A stretch of DNA of 64,000 bases from Candidatus Bathyarchaeota archaeon (GCA_963717465.1 OY970340.1:64001-128000); one strand, 5' to 3'; positions 51,285 to 61,562 are shown, counted from the first letter of the stretch. Numbers and translations are program-made. The notes: generated by a model not told the origin, from the letters alone.

Positions 51285-52748
51285 TTATTCGATTCGTCTA
51301 ACTTGGCGTTTGGCTATTGCACTAAAGCTTTTATAGAAGCTACGTAAGACGCCTCCGTACCATCGCTCATCAAAGGACATACCGATTAAATTGTCTACCC
51401 AGCGAAAGTCATGTTCTGCGCATTGGAACATAAGTTTTACATGAAGATCGTTGAGTTTTGTATCGTTGAACCAGTTTTCACTGCGGAATCTGCCCAATGG
51501 AACGAAATACAATGGAACAATAAGGCTGCGGTAGTCTTTGATGTCATCCAAAAGCTCCATCGTTTTAATGATGTCTTCCTCACGTTCTTCTGGTAATCCT
51601 AAAATTAATGTTGCTGCAGGTACTAACTTGTTATCATGCATTAATCCCAATCCAGTATGGACAACTTCCTTCCAATTCTCAGCCTTGAATGGATGCGCTT
51701 TTGCAGGCATAATTTTTTTGGCAATTTCAGGAGAGCCTGTCTCTATACCTATTTCTACGCCCCACCATGATTGTTTTTGAAGAATTATCTCTGATAATTT
51801 GGCGAAAAGTTTTGGATTAGCTGCAACAGCAGCTAAAGAACAATGGCTCCAACTTATTTGTTGACAGCCTTTGATTGCATCAGTATGTAACTGTATAAGT
51901 TTTTTTTCGTCAGGGATAGTATTGTTTGAACCGTACAGCATAACATCTTCGGCGTGAAGGCACGCGCCTTTGACTTTGCCTGATTTTAAATTAACATTTA
52001 TTTCCCGCTTCACTTTTTCAACAGGGTACCACCTTAGCGGCCTTAGCGTAACGTTACAGAATTTGCAGCCTCTGCAACACCCCCGACCAATTTCAACTAA
52101 GCCATTAACTGAGGGCTGAGTTATGTCAGGTATTTGATCAATTGTAGGAGCTTCACCTATGTCAACCTTGTAGTGTTTGGGCAGTTCTTGCCCTTCGATT
52201 GCGGCTTTGAAGATTTTTCCAACTATATTTTCAGATTCGCCCTCAATAATGCAGTCAATTCCGGCTTTTCTAACAAAGTTTTCCCTGTATGGAAACTGCC
52301 ATACTCCAGGGCCACCAACAATGATTTTTAATCCATTCTTTTTGGCCTGTCTAATAGCCGGATTACTTAGTAGTCCCTCGAAATGCTGAGCTAAAAAGGG
52401 CTTTTTCTTAAGAACCGAAGCAAGAGTACTAGACGCTGGGCCTAATCCAAATGGATCCATGGTATGAATACCAAGCACTTTTGTATCGTTTAGAAACTTA
52501 CTTAGGTATCTTGGATCTACCGTGTTAACATCAAAGCCGTCCTTTAATAGTTGGGCTTCAGTTTTCCGAAGTCCGTATGGCGCTGTTTCTGGATGCCCAT
52601 GGCTTGTCTTGAGAGGTGGGAAAAAAAGATAACTAAATATAAAATCTGGTATAAAATTTGGAGGAGCACAGGTTCCAAACCCTAAGAATTCATTGTGATG
52701 ATAATTGCTCATTAAAGTTCTATCTGCTGTAAGAAGCACCTTATCCAT
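51285..52748 (-). CDS. B12-binding-type radical SAM protein
   Basis: APYGLRK, IIVGGPG, EIGRGCCRGCKFC, GIETGS. Confidence 0.9.
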   Translation of the reverse strand: MDKVLLTADRTLMSNYHHNEFLGFGTCAPPNFIPDFIFSYLFFPPLKTSHGHPETAPYGLRKTEAQLLKDGFDVNTVDPRYLSKFLNDTKVLGIHTMDPFGLGPASSTLASVLKKKPFLAQHFEGLLSNPAIRQAKKNGLKIIVGGPGVWQFPYRENFVRKAGIDCIIEGESENIVGKIFKAAIEGQELPKHYKVDIGEAPTIDQIPDITQPSVNGLVEIGRGCCRGCKFCNVTLRPLRWYPVEKVKREINVNLKSGKVKGACLHAEDVMLYGSNNTIPDEKKLIQLHTDAIKGCQQISWSHCSLAAVAANPKLFAKLSEIILQKQSWWGVEIGIETGSPEIAKKIMPAKAHPFKAENWKEVVHTGLGLMHDNKLVPAATLILGLPEEREEDIIKTMELLDDIKDYRSLIVPLYFVPLGRFRSENWFNDTKLNDLHVKLMFQCAEHDFRWVDNLIGMSFDERWYGGVLRSFYKSFSAIAKRQVRRIE

Positions 52749-53040
52749 TTCTTAAGCCTCTCCCCGTATGCTTTGACGAAAATTCTCCGAAATTTGTCTT
52801 TCTAATGAGGGTTTGTCTGAGATATAACTTTATCGTCGCTATTCTGCTTGTATTGCAGGTATTTAACCGCTTGAAACTTTCAGCCGGTTGTCATAGCAAC
52901 TAAATTGTTCTAATGCATGCTTTTTCAAAGTGTTTTTGCTTAGAAAATTACTTGACTAGAAAAATTTTGCTTTTCTCGTATTATGCATCTTATTTCAAAA
53001 CTCTAAAATGGCTAAATTAAAAAATTGGGGGGTTTTGAGT

Positions 53041-54402
53041 TTATCCCCATGTTGGGTAATCAAAACCCATATCTTTGAACTCTTTTGTAAATCGGTTATA
53101 GTGGTCCACTAATTCCTTCCTTGGTTTCAAAGTTTCCTGGTCATAGTATTCATAAAGGTTATGTGATAGCTGACCAAAGTCAAAAGCCTTCATAGCTGGT
53201 TCAAATTTCTTGATCCACTCTTTTATGAGCTTGTTGCCTTCACTTACTTTTGTTCCAGCCGCTGCTCTTGTGAATTCACTGCCAAACCTTGCGCTTATCG
53301 CAGGGAAAGTGCCTACCATCCACATTCCTTCTATCCCAGCTACACAACAAGTCATAACTGCCGCCGCTGTTCCATACCAGTCAACTTCATTCATAGGTTG
53401 ATTTAGACCAATTCCGCTAGTAAGCCATGGAGCTTTTATGTTTCTTTCTGCAGCTAAACCTACCGCTGAATTACTCCAAAAGACATCCGCACCTATGTAT
53501 TGATTATCAATGGTGTTGCTCATAGCCTGAGTGAATGAGCCATCAGCATAAGCCATCTGACCTATAGAGTGAGCCATAGATTCAAGTACTGATTCTTCTG
53601 GACCACTAATATACGCGTACAATGTAGGACTGGAACTCTGCCATGGAACAATTCCATGCTGCATAGCAAAGTAGGCAAGATTAATTCTATCAATGACTAT
53701 TCTCATGTCTTGCAGTATGTGTACTGGCATCATGCAGTTCCTAGGTGTGTAGTAGCCAGGGTCAAAAGCTTGCATCAAAGCAACCATGCTCGTTGCAGTC
53801 TCGGGAAAACCAAGTAACATGCCAGGTCTTCCAGCAGCACGCGCCGCAGCAGTCATCAGTTCACATTCAGTGTGAACCATCAGGGTTTCAGTAGGCGTTC
53901 CTCCTGTCGGTTTCTGACCAAAAGACGCCTCAATAATCGCGGGTATCATCCCGTCCGTCGTCGGTTCGCGAGCCATAAGATAAACAGCATCTCTCCATTG
54001 TCCTACGTCACTGCCCATCCAACCGCCAGCATTCAAACAGTATGGATGCTGCTTATCTTCAGGAGCTCTAATGTGCATTCTTAGTATATCTCTGCCTGTT
54101 CCCCACTCAACCTCATGCTTTCTTGTCTTAACAACTTCTTTAAGTTCATTTTCAGTGAACTTGACGAGGTGCTTAGTGTCTTTGCAATACAAACCGCATT
54201 GAACCAACAATTGTATGCCGGCTTCAAAAATAGCATCAGCCATTGCTGCATCCGACATAATTGGTTCGCCGTCAAATTTAATCTTGTAGTCTTGCACTAG
54301 TTTCTTGAGGATTGTTGGAAAATACGTGTTTTCAAATTCGTCTTCTTTCATTATTGGACCCGTTCGGGTTCTTTCTAAAACTTCCCACAATAAATGTCCC
54401 AT
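53041..54402 (-). CDS. MtmB-family methyltransferase, pyrrolysine-free (paralog 2)
   Basis: First 42 aa and last 15 aa identical to 15497..16864; AGRPGMLLGFPET. Confidence 0.88.
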   Translation of the reverse strand: MGHLLWEVLERTRTGPIMKEDEFENTYFPTILKKLVQDYKIKFDGEPIMSDAAMADAIFEAGIQLLVQCGLYCKDTKHLVKFTENELKEVVKTRKHEVEWGTGRDILRMHIRAPEDKQHPYCLNAGGWMGSDVGQWRDAVYLMAREPTTDGMIPAIIEASFGQKPTGGTPTETLMVHTECELMTAAARAAGRPGMLLGFPETATSMVALMQAFDPGYYTPRNCMMPVHILQDMRIVIDRINLAYFAMQHGIVPWQSSSPTLYAYISGPEESVLESMAHSIGQMAYADGSFTQAMSNTIDNQYIGADVFWSNSAVGLAAERNIKAPWLTSGIGLNQPMNEVDWYGTAAAVMTCCVAGIEGMWMVGTFPAISARFGSEFTRAAAGTKVSEGNKLIKEWIKKFEPAMKAFDFGQLSHNLYEYYDQETLKPRKELVDHYNRFTKEFKDMGFDYPTWG

Positions 54403-54616
54403 ATTTTTTTCACCTTGCTTGCTTATTCTTTTCTTTTATCTTTTAATTATTTCTATTCCCGTGCAGCGTTTTGTTCATTCAATAGCTATGTTAGCTCGCA
54501 TAGATCAGAACATTCAGATTCTACCAAGGCAATGTTAGTTTTGATGTTGCATTTTTTAGAATTGTTTTTTGCATTCATTTTTTTTATCACGGGTTGCTAA
54601 TATATGCGTTCTGATA

Positions 54617-54730
54617 GATAATTAAGTTAAATCATAAAGCAATTTCAGCTTTCGACACAAAACGGAAATAATTAGCCCATTGATAACAAATATTGTTGCA
54701 TTTCAACTTTTTTTTTGGCACAATGTGCAA
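54617..54730 (-). promoter_or_regulatory. Promoter/operator module copy 1 (upstream of mtmB2)
   Basis: attaagttaaatcataa / gacacaaaa / ttgcatt / cacaatgtg with conserved spacing. Confidence 0.7.
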
Positions 54731-54832
54731 TCAATCTTTTAAGTTCCTTATTATTTTGGCTTAAACTGCCCAGGTGAAAACTGCTAAAAATGAAAGTAGC
54801 GTGGAGTAAGTAACAATGCTGCTTCGTGTCGA

Positions 54833-55441
54833 TTAAGACACGTCAACGGGTACTTTTGATGTGTGATCGCTTGTATTTTTATTGGGATTTGATTGTTTTG
54901 AGAGGTCAAAAAGGGCTTCCAAGTTTCGCAGCGAAAACGGCATTGGGGCGGACTTGCCCGTATGAAACATGACAGCGTGGGTGTTAAAGTTTCTTGGTCG
55001 GTGTTGCATTACCATCGATTCTTTTTGTACTTCATTAAACAATTCGATATAATCGTCGTAACTCTTGTGCACTGATATTACAAACCAGTTATTTCCCGAT
55101 AAACCTAGATCTTCAAGAACGCATAATACCTGAGGGTGTTTTTTCATTAATGCACGAAATTCAGAAGGATGAGCTGCATTTACTGTCTCAGGCGTTGAGG
55201 CGAATGTAAATACGATAACGTTTAAGCCTAATTTGTGGAAATCAGGAATTACAGTGTATTCTTTTATGTAACCTTCCTGCTCCAGCTTTCTCCTTCTCCT
55301 GGACAATGTCGTATTATTTATTCCAAGAGTTTTTGCAATTTCCCTATCGCTTTTGCCACCTAGCGCCATCAGAGCGAACAAGACTTTCAGTTTTTCCTGA
55401 GTCTTCTTGTCCAACGCACCCTCTTTGTTGGAATTACTCAT
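54833..55441 (-). CDS. Lrp/AsnC-like regulator
   Basis: GGKSDREIAKTLGINNTTLSRRRRKLEQEGYIKEYT. Confidence 0.88.
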   Translation of the reverse strand: MSNSNKEGALDKKTQEKLKVLFALMALGGKSDREIAKTLGINNTTLSRRRRKLEQEGYIKEYTVIPDFHKLGLNVIVFTFASTPETVNAAHPSEFRALMKKHPQVLCVLEDLGLSGNNWFVISVHKSYDDYIELFNEVQKESMVMQHRPRNFNTHAVMFHTGKSAPMPFSLRNLEALFDLSKQSNPNKNTSDHTSKVPVDVS

Positions 55442-55682
55442 AGAGTGAAATACACTGCTGACAGTTTTAAGTTTTCTTATTTTGCATGTCTAATAATAAA
55501 ATAGTAATTTCATGCAAAAATATTGGCTTAAAACGCAACAAAATACTAACTCTTAACCTTTTTCCGCTCTTCCGCTTGATGAGTTTCCATATAGTTATCA
55601 TGAGACATAAAGAATAATCTGCTTATTAACGGAAGAAGAAAAGGGATTTTTTTGCTTGGATTTCTTAAGACGTCTTGGCAGT

Positions 55683-56102
55683 CTACTCTGGTAGACCTGG
55701 AAACTCGCCTTTAATCTGCTGATAAACCTTCTTTAATGGCTCTTCAACTGGCGCCATGAAACCCAGATCACCCAGGTCACCCGACAACAGTGACATGGCT
55801 CCTTGCGAAAACAACGCGTCAGCACCCATCTTACCAGACCACCAATCATTTAGGTATTTAAGCTTAAGATACTGAATAGCCGCATTAGCCTCATCAACAC
55901 TACCCTTATTCACAACCCACTTCTTACCCTTCGAACCAATCTGCCAAACAACATCAGGAACATCACCAATACTCAACTCAACAATCATGTCATTCTCCTG
56001 ATCCTTACACGCATCAATAATAGCAGGATCATCAGCAAGCTTAGAATACAACTTATACGCGAAATTCATCAACTTATCTTCATAAGACATAACATTTTCC
56101 AC
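55683..56102 (-). CDS. SCP2-like small protein
   Basis: V.KG....A...I, W.G.M....F.QG.M..L.GDL pattern. Confidence 0.6.
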   Translation of the reverse strand: MENVMSYEDKLMNFAYKLYSKLADDPAIIDACKDQENDMIVELSIGDVPDVVWQIGSKGKKWVVNKGSVDEANAAIQYLKLKYLNDWWSGKMGADALFSQGAMSLLSGDLGDLGFMAPVEEPLKKVYQQIKGEFPGLPE

Positions 56103-56182
56103 CTTTCATTTTAAATTTTAGATTTTATACAGAGAAAAGAAAAAGAGGATAGATATTTTTGTTTTTCGGTTTTGCAGTTTAT

Positions 56183-56836
56183 TTAAGTTTTGCCTACGAG
56201 CATTCGTGCTTTTTTGATTGCGTCGCCGCAGTCTGCACCCCAAGTATCAGCCTTAATCCGCTTGCAGAAATCATCAGTCATCGGAGTACCGCCAACAAGC
56301 ACCTTATACTTCTTACGCAACCCACGCTCAACAAGCGTATCTACTAATGCTCTCTGATACGACATACTGCTAGTCATCAACGCACCCATAGCAACAATAT
56401 CAGCATGAACCTCTTCAGCCTTCTTCACATAGTCCTCGGTTGGAATCTCTTCACCTAAGTCATAAACGTCAAAGCCATCGGTACGCAACATGTCAGCAAT
56501 CAAGTTCTTGCCGATGCTGTGGATGTCACCGAAAGCCGTGCCAATTACGACTATGCCTTTTGCCTTTGGCAGCTTGTCTTTGGGATACTTTTCTTTGAGA
56601 TAGTTAACTGCAGCAGTCATCGCGTTAGCAGCCATAATCACGTAGGGTAGAGGATATTCAAAGCGGCCAAAACGGTCACCAACCTCTTTGATGCCAACAG
56701 ATAAGCCTTTCTCGATAGCATCCATAATCTCCAGCTTGTTCTCAACAGCTTCTTTTGCCGCTGCAACAGCCTTTTCCTCATCATAGTCAATGATTGCTTT
56801 AGCGAGGTGTTCAAGTACTTCAGCTTTAGTTACCAT
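56183..56836 (-). CDS. Corrinoid protein, MttC/MtmC family
   Basis: GL..GI.EVG..F, GTAFGDIHSIGKNL, GALMTS, VGG. Confidence 0.95.
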   Translation of the reverse strand: MVTKAEVLEHLAKAIIDYDEEKAVAAAKEAVENKLEIMDAIEKGLSVGIKEVGDRFGRFEYPLPYVIMAANAMTAAVNYLKEKYPKDKLPKAKGIVVIGTAFGDIHSIGKNLIADMLRTDGFDVYDLGEEIPTEDYVKKAEEVHADIVAMGALMTSSMSYQRALVDTLVERGLRKKYKVLVGGTPMTDDFCKRIKADTWGADCGDAIKKARMLVGKT

Positions 56837-56861
56837 ATATGATTCCTTCTTTTTTGTCTCC

Positions 56862-58451
56862 TTAGAATCTTGCGCCTGTGCCTGATTTGTCTATTGTGTA
56901 GCCGCCGATCTGGTACATTTTATCGTATCTGGCTATGATTGCATTCATTCTGTCTGCTACTTCTTTTGGTGGCAGTGGAGCAGGGAAGTCTTTAATGATC
57001 TTCTGGGTTAAAGCGTTTGCACGATCATCCATGCATTTCTTGTCCTCGATCCATCGTAGATATTGTCTAACTTCCCACAAACCGTAACCGTGACGCATCG
57101 GAGCGAACATTAATTCCATCATATTTTTCACTGTATCCTTGTCCTTCATGAAGTCGCCTCTGGGACCCTTATTAAGCCACCCTTCAGGTTGGTAACTCTT
57201 GGCTGAAAAGTCAACGTCCCTGAAATACCACTTCATTATTCTAATCATTTCAGCGCATATAGCATAACCCATCATGTTGATTCCGTTTGGACCTACGGTT
57301 GTGGACCATTCTCCTGTCTGATCAGTACCGTTTTGGAATGCATTAAGCAAATGCCAACTCATCATGCCGTTTTGCGTATCAGAACCACCAGCGCCAACCG
57401 ATCCTACGGCTTGGCCAGGCCACATCGTAGCTTTTGGTCGACTGTAATTGCGGTGCCAGAAGTTCACGTGAATAGCAAGTGCCTTACTAAATATTTCTTC
57501 AGTGGTTGCTAATTGCTGAGTGTATGGGTCCATAGGCATGACCAGATCGTAAGTCATAACTGGGACATGGCCTTTCCCAACTCCGTTCAATCCCAAACTT
57601 AAACCTACTGACATCGATAAAGCTGCGGCAACAGTAACTGCGTAAGCTCCCGTTAAGCTGCATGGACCTTGGAATCCAGGTATGCAAACATCTGTGTAGT
57701 CTATAAGCAGAGGTCTGCTCTTCGCCCAGCCTTCTAAAGTTCCGCTCATTCTGTCACTTGTTTTTTGGCCGTAAACTAGACCTGGTGTGTCTCCATGGTT
57801 AGTTATGAATGGTCTCTTCGCAAGCTCATCAAATCCTCCGAGAACCTCAGCGGCTAAATCAGTGTAACATTCAATATGATCAATTGCGTCAATATGCCAA
57901 ATATGCTTTGTAGTGCATTGAATAGTACTGTTGAGATCATGAGTATCCACTGGCAAACCAGCCTCAGCCAAATCCATAGGTAAGTATATGGGGCTAGTCA
58001 TGTCATACTCGGGGAAGTACTCAACAACTTTTTGCTCTTTCCAGTTGTCAGCATCTACTCCATCTCGGAATTCAAATAGTCGTGTATCAGGATTCCATTT
58101 TGCATAAAGGGCCATTATGCCGAAAGCTCCAACAAAGACATTGTTGCTTCCTGCTTGCATAAAGCAGTCTTCTTTAGGAGCCCTACCTGGCAGAACCAAG
58201 TTGCTCGGCACTGCGTCTATGCCTTCGACTGCAATAGCTTCAGGAATTTTTACGATTCCCTTCTTCTCATCAACAACGGTGCAACCTATGTCTTTGTAGA
58301 TTTTTTGAAGCTTAGGTGTGAGACCTCCAACCCCAACTCTTTCTAATAGATAAACTGCGGCTTGATGTATTGACATTAGTTCTTCTCTCGTCGCTATAGG
58401 CGGAGAAAATCTCTTAGGTATATTTGTTCCAGTTCTCATTTTTCTTTTCAA
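56862..58451 (-). CDS. Trimethylamine methyltransferase MttB-family protein, pyrrolysine-free, divergent
   Basis: IH.A...LLE.VG, V.IP, G..GP.SL.G, D.Q.G, GP.G.F....T, P.PLP; no amber codon. Confidence 0.85.
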   Translation of the reverse strand: MKRKMRTGTNIPKRFSPPIATREELMSIHQAAVYLLERVGVGGLTPKLQKIYKDIGCTVVDEKKGIVKIPEAIAVEGIDAVPSNLVLPGRAPKEDCFMQAGSNNVFVGAFGIMALYAKWNPDTRLFEFRDGVDADNWKEQKVVEYFPEYDMTSPIYLPMDLAEAGLPVDTHDLNSTIQCTTKHIWHIDAIDHIECYTDLAAEVLGGFDELAKRPFITNHGDTPGLVYGQKTSDRMSGTLEGWAKSRPLLIDYTDVCIPGFQGPCSLTGAYAVTVAAALSMSVGLSLGLNGVGKGHVPVMTYDLVMPMDPYTQQLATTEEIFSKALAIHVNFWHRNYSRPKATMWPGQAVGSVGAGGSDTQNGMMSWHLLNAFQNGTDQTGEWSTTVGPNGINMMGYAICAEMIRIMKWYFRDVDFSAKSYQPEGWLNKGPRGDFMKDKDTVKNMMELMFAPMRHGYGLWEVRQYLRWIEDKKCMDDRANALTQKIIKDFPAPLPPKEVADRMNAIIARYDKMYQIGGYTIDKSGTGARF

Positions 58452-58496
58452 TCTCCCGTTATTTATTTGAATCTGTAAGTCTAAGTCGCCTTGTTA

Positions 58497-58610
58497 GGTA
58501 TTTAACTTAAATCATAAGCGATTCTCTTCTTCTGCTACAAAACTTGTCTGCCCACAGAAATAACCATCAAGATTGCTTCATTATGAGACGTTTTTTAATA
58601 CATTGTGCAA
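58497..58610 (-). promoter_or_regulatory. Promoter/operator module copy 2 (upstream of mttB)
   Basis: ggtatttaacttaaatcataa / gctacaaaa / ttgcttc / tacattgtgca. Confidence 0.7.
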
Positions 58611-58776
58611 AATTTTTTTTGGCTTTTAACGAGAAAAGCAGTAAGACGCGATTAGTGAAAGAAGTCTTCAGGAAAAAAGTCTTGCGTAACACCAGGCGTT
58701 TTCAGTATATAAACACATTCGGCTTCTAAGCGACATACAAAAATTAAGAAAATAAAAAGGGGAGTGTAGTTGTTTT

Positions 58777-61092
58777 TTATGGTCCAATAGGTCCGATGTT
58801 GGCTGAGTACACTTTTGCAAGATTAACTTTGAAGCACCAAGCTCCAAGTTCAGGACTAAGCTGCTCTGGACTATCTGGCACTGTAACGTTGATGTTCCAG
58901 TCTGCCCATCCATAAAGTGTTGGTTCCTCAGCTGGTAATTCAGGACGCCACCAGCCATGCTCGGGTGAAACGATTTTTGGATTTACTCCGAAGTCGTAAC
59001 GTACTGTCTGCATGCATCTGCCAAGCGGCGTCTCAATGTAAATCCATTCGCCATCGCCAATGCCCATGTTACGAGCCGTCAGTGGATGCATTTTTACACG
59101 TGGAAACGGACGCAAATGACGCATCAATGTTAAATGTCGATGTTCGCCATGCTGTGCTTCTTGGAATCTGGCTCCACTGCACATAATCAACGGATAATCT
59201 TTTGCAATATCAGGCGCACTTACCGGAGTCCAAGCGCACTCCACATAGTACGGCAGAGGATCAAACCCAAAGTCCTCCAGAATCGTTGAGTAGAATACAA
59301 CTTTGCCTTCAGGGGTTCCGAAGCCTCTAATCAATCCAGTGGTTGGATCAATTTGCTCGTACTTCTTGAACGTGGGGTTCCATGGTGGTACACCTTTCCA
59401 TTCGCCTATAACTTGCTTACGTGTCCAGCCTACTGGCTCATAGAACCAATCTTGGAACTGCTCTAAAGTCTTCCATTTCCAAACTCTATCGATTTTTTCG
59501 TTACCCAACATTTTAGCAGCAATGTGTCGGAATATTACCGCGTCGTCTTCTAAGTCCCACAATCCCGGTATCTTTTGAGCTACTGCACGATCGCCTGCAA
59601 TCTCAAACTCGATTGATCCTTGACATGAAATGGTTGCATATCCAGAAGGTCTCTCGAATTGACTAGTACCAGGCAGCACATAATCTGCTAACATGGCCTC
59701 AGGTGTCATCGAAGCGCATTCCACATAAACGAACAGTTCAAGCTTCTTAAGAGCTTCATAAATCTTCTTAGTGTTCGGATAACCTCGCATTGGACCTATT
59801 TCACCAGCCAACATCGCCTTAACAGGGTAAGGTTTTTCCGTCAAAATTGCCTCTATCGTTGCAGGCCAATTTGGAGCAATTGGTCCGGTATGTGGACCAC
59901 CCTTCCAATAGCCTTTGTCCATTCCTGCCTCAACAAGCGCTGCACCACCTGGCATCGTTAGCATCTTATACTTGTCCGACCCTATCTGTTTCTCCATTAT
60001 GCCCATATCAGTTTCATTAGCACAATCTGCAGCGGCTTCAGCACCCGAATAGAACTTGGGTTTTTGGTGCAGATATTCTCCGCCTTCTATGTCTATGTTG
60101 CCTGTTAACGCGGGCAGCATATATTTTGATCGAACGTTGTTTAATGAGTTCCTGCCTGCCGATTCGATTGCATAACCGAATGGGAAAGTGCATGGACTGT
60201 TTTTCACTACCCACCTAGCTGCCTCTCTGATTCTCTCGGCAGGAATCCAAGTTATTTCCGCAGCTTTCTCAGGAGTATACTGCTTGGCTCTTTCTTTGAG
60301 CTTGTCAAATCCAAAAGTCCACTTCTCCACGAAATCATGATCGTACAAGTCTTCTTCGATGATCACGTTTATCATAGCCATATTTAGTGCAGTGTCAGTT
60401 CCAGGCCTAATCGCCAACCACATTTCAGAAAGTCTAGTTGTTTCCGTATATTTTGGATCGACATTGAGCATTTTTACGCCAGCCTCTATTCCTGCAACAA
60501 ATCCTGGCCAAGAATACGTCCAAGATTCACTTGGGTTTGTGCCAGTTGTAAAGATACCCTTTGTTTTACCGGGAGTTATCATTGCATACGTTAATCCCAC
60601 GCCGTAGCCTAATCCTAAGGCTTGGTACGTGGGTCCAGCTCATGTGGTAGCTGCAGCAGAACCCCAGTTTGGGGAGCCTATCAACATACAGAGTTGATAC
60701 AGTCCCAAAGCAAGGTTTGCGGCTCGACCTGTGCCGTGGAATCCGCATACGGATTCGCCGCCATTCTTTGCTATGATTTCTTTTAGTTTATCAGATATTT
60801 CACTAATTGCTTGTTCCCAAGATATTTTCTGCCATTTGCCTTCGCCACGCTTGCCTATACGCTTCATCGGGTACATTGGCCTATCCTTATGATAAATGTA
60901 CTCAACACCATACTTCCACTTCTGACAATAAGGACCAGGATTAAATGGACTATCCCAATCAGGCTCAATCTTTGTGATTTTTCCGTTCTCAACCGTCTCG
61001 ACAAGTTGGCAGGAACCAGTACTGCAAAAACCGCAAACGCATCTATGAATCCCATCGAAACTCTTTGGATCTTCAAGTTTTTCACTCATCAT
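58777..61092 (-). CDS. Cytoplasmic Mo/W-bisPGD oxidoreductase (DMSO reductase superfamily, acetylene-hydratase-like architecture), 771 aa with in-frame TGA at codon 151; candidate selenoprotein
   Basis: ORFs 60640..61092 and 58777..60600 share a frame and are separated by one TGA plus 13 sense codons; CGFCSTGSC..C Fe-S motif, RGEGKW..ISW, IRPGTD, ADYVLP, TPEGK, C-terminal molybdopterin-binding domain. Confidence 0.85.
60596..60633 (-). other. Candidate bacterial-type SECIS stem-loop inside the CDS
   Basis: UGA-GCUGGA-CCCACG-UA-CC-A-AGCCU-UAGGAUU-AGGCU-AC-GG-CGUGGG. Confidence 0.6.
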
Positions 61093-61166
61093 TCTATCTC
61101 CTATTTTCTCTTTAACCCATTTTTATTGTGCTTTCAACACAAGCCTTAACATATGCGGTCTGATTA

Positions 61167-61279
61167 CTATTTAAAGTTGAATTATAACCGTTTTTTGCTT
61201 TTGCTACAAAAATAGGAATTATCATAAAATAGCAGGGACACTTGTCGCATTATGAATAAAATTTTGATACAATGTGCAA
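61167..61279 (-). promoter_or_regulatory. Promoter/operator module copy 3 (upstream of the oxidoreductase)
   Basis: tatttaaagttgaattataa / gctacaaaa / tcgcatt / tacaatgtgca; adjacent atatgcgNtctgat shared with copy 1. Confidence 0.7.
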
Positions 61280-61434
61280 TTTCCTTTTTTCTGGTTTGCA
61301 TTGCAAAACAAAACAAGTACTAAACACAATTCAACAACACTATTCTTGGATCTTTCCGTTGAACTATTAAACAAAAGATGAAAGCGCTAAAAAAACCTAA
61401 TTCACACCCATAGATATTGAGTCCTTAACTTAAG

Positions 61435-61562
61435 AAATTGACAACACAACAGCTAGTGGCTGCAGGAAATTAGGAGATACGTTAGTATCTACCTGTAGCC
61501 ACTACCAAGGCTATAGGAAAGAGGGATTAACTTTCCTATAGCCATCTACCTAAAGGTGAATA
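61435..61562. ncRNA. Candidate structured RNA/palindromic element (two GGCT-core hairpins)
   Basis: Stems at 61454-61504 and 61509-61543; flanks aaattgacaac and acctaRaggtgaata shared with 62331-62405. Confidence 0.45.

Noticed and set aside
15497..58451. Pyrrolysine (amber) recoding in MtmB/MttB genes
   Set aside because: All three ORFs are full length with no in-frame TAG, and no pyl genes are in the window
58620..58776. Archaeal 3'-UTR SECIS downstream of the oxidoreductase
   Set aside because: No convincing GC stem with a GAA/A internal loop seen by eye; T-rich terminator-like sequence follows the stop. Not excluded without a covariance search
61454..61504. Hairpin with GAAA/A bulge as a 5'-UTR archaeal SECIS
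   Set aside because: The SECIS-like bulge appears only on the plus strand, antisense to the UGA gene, and the bulge is too large
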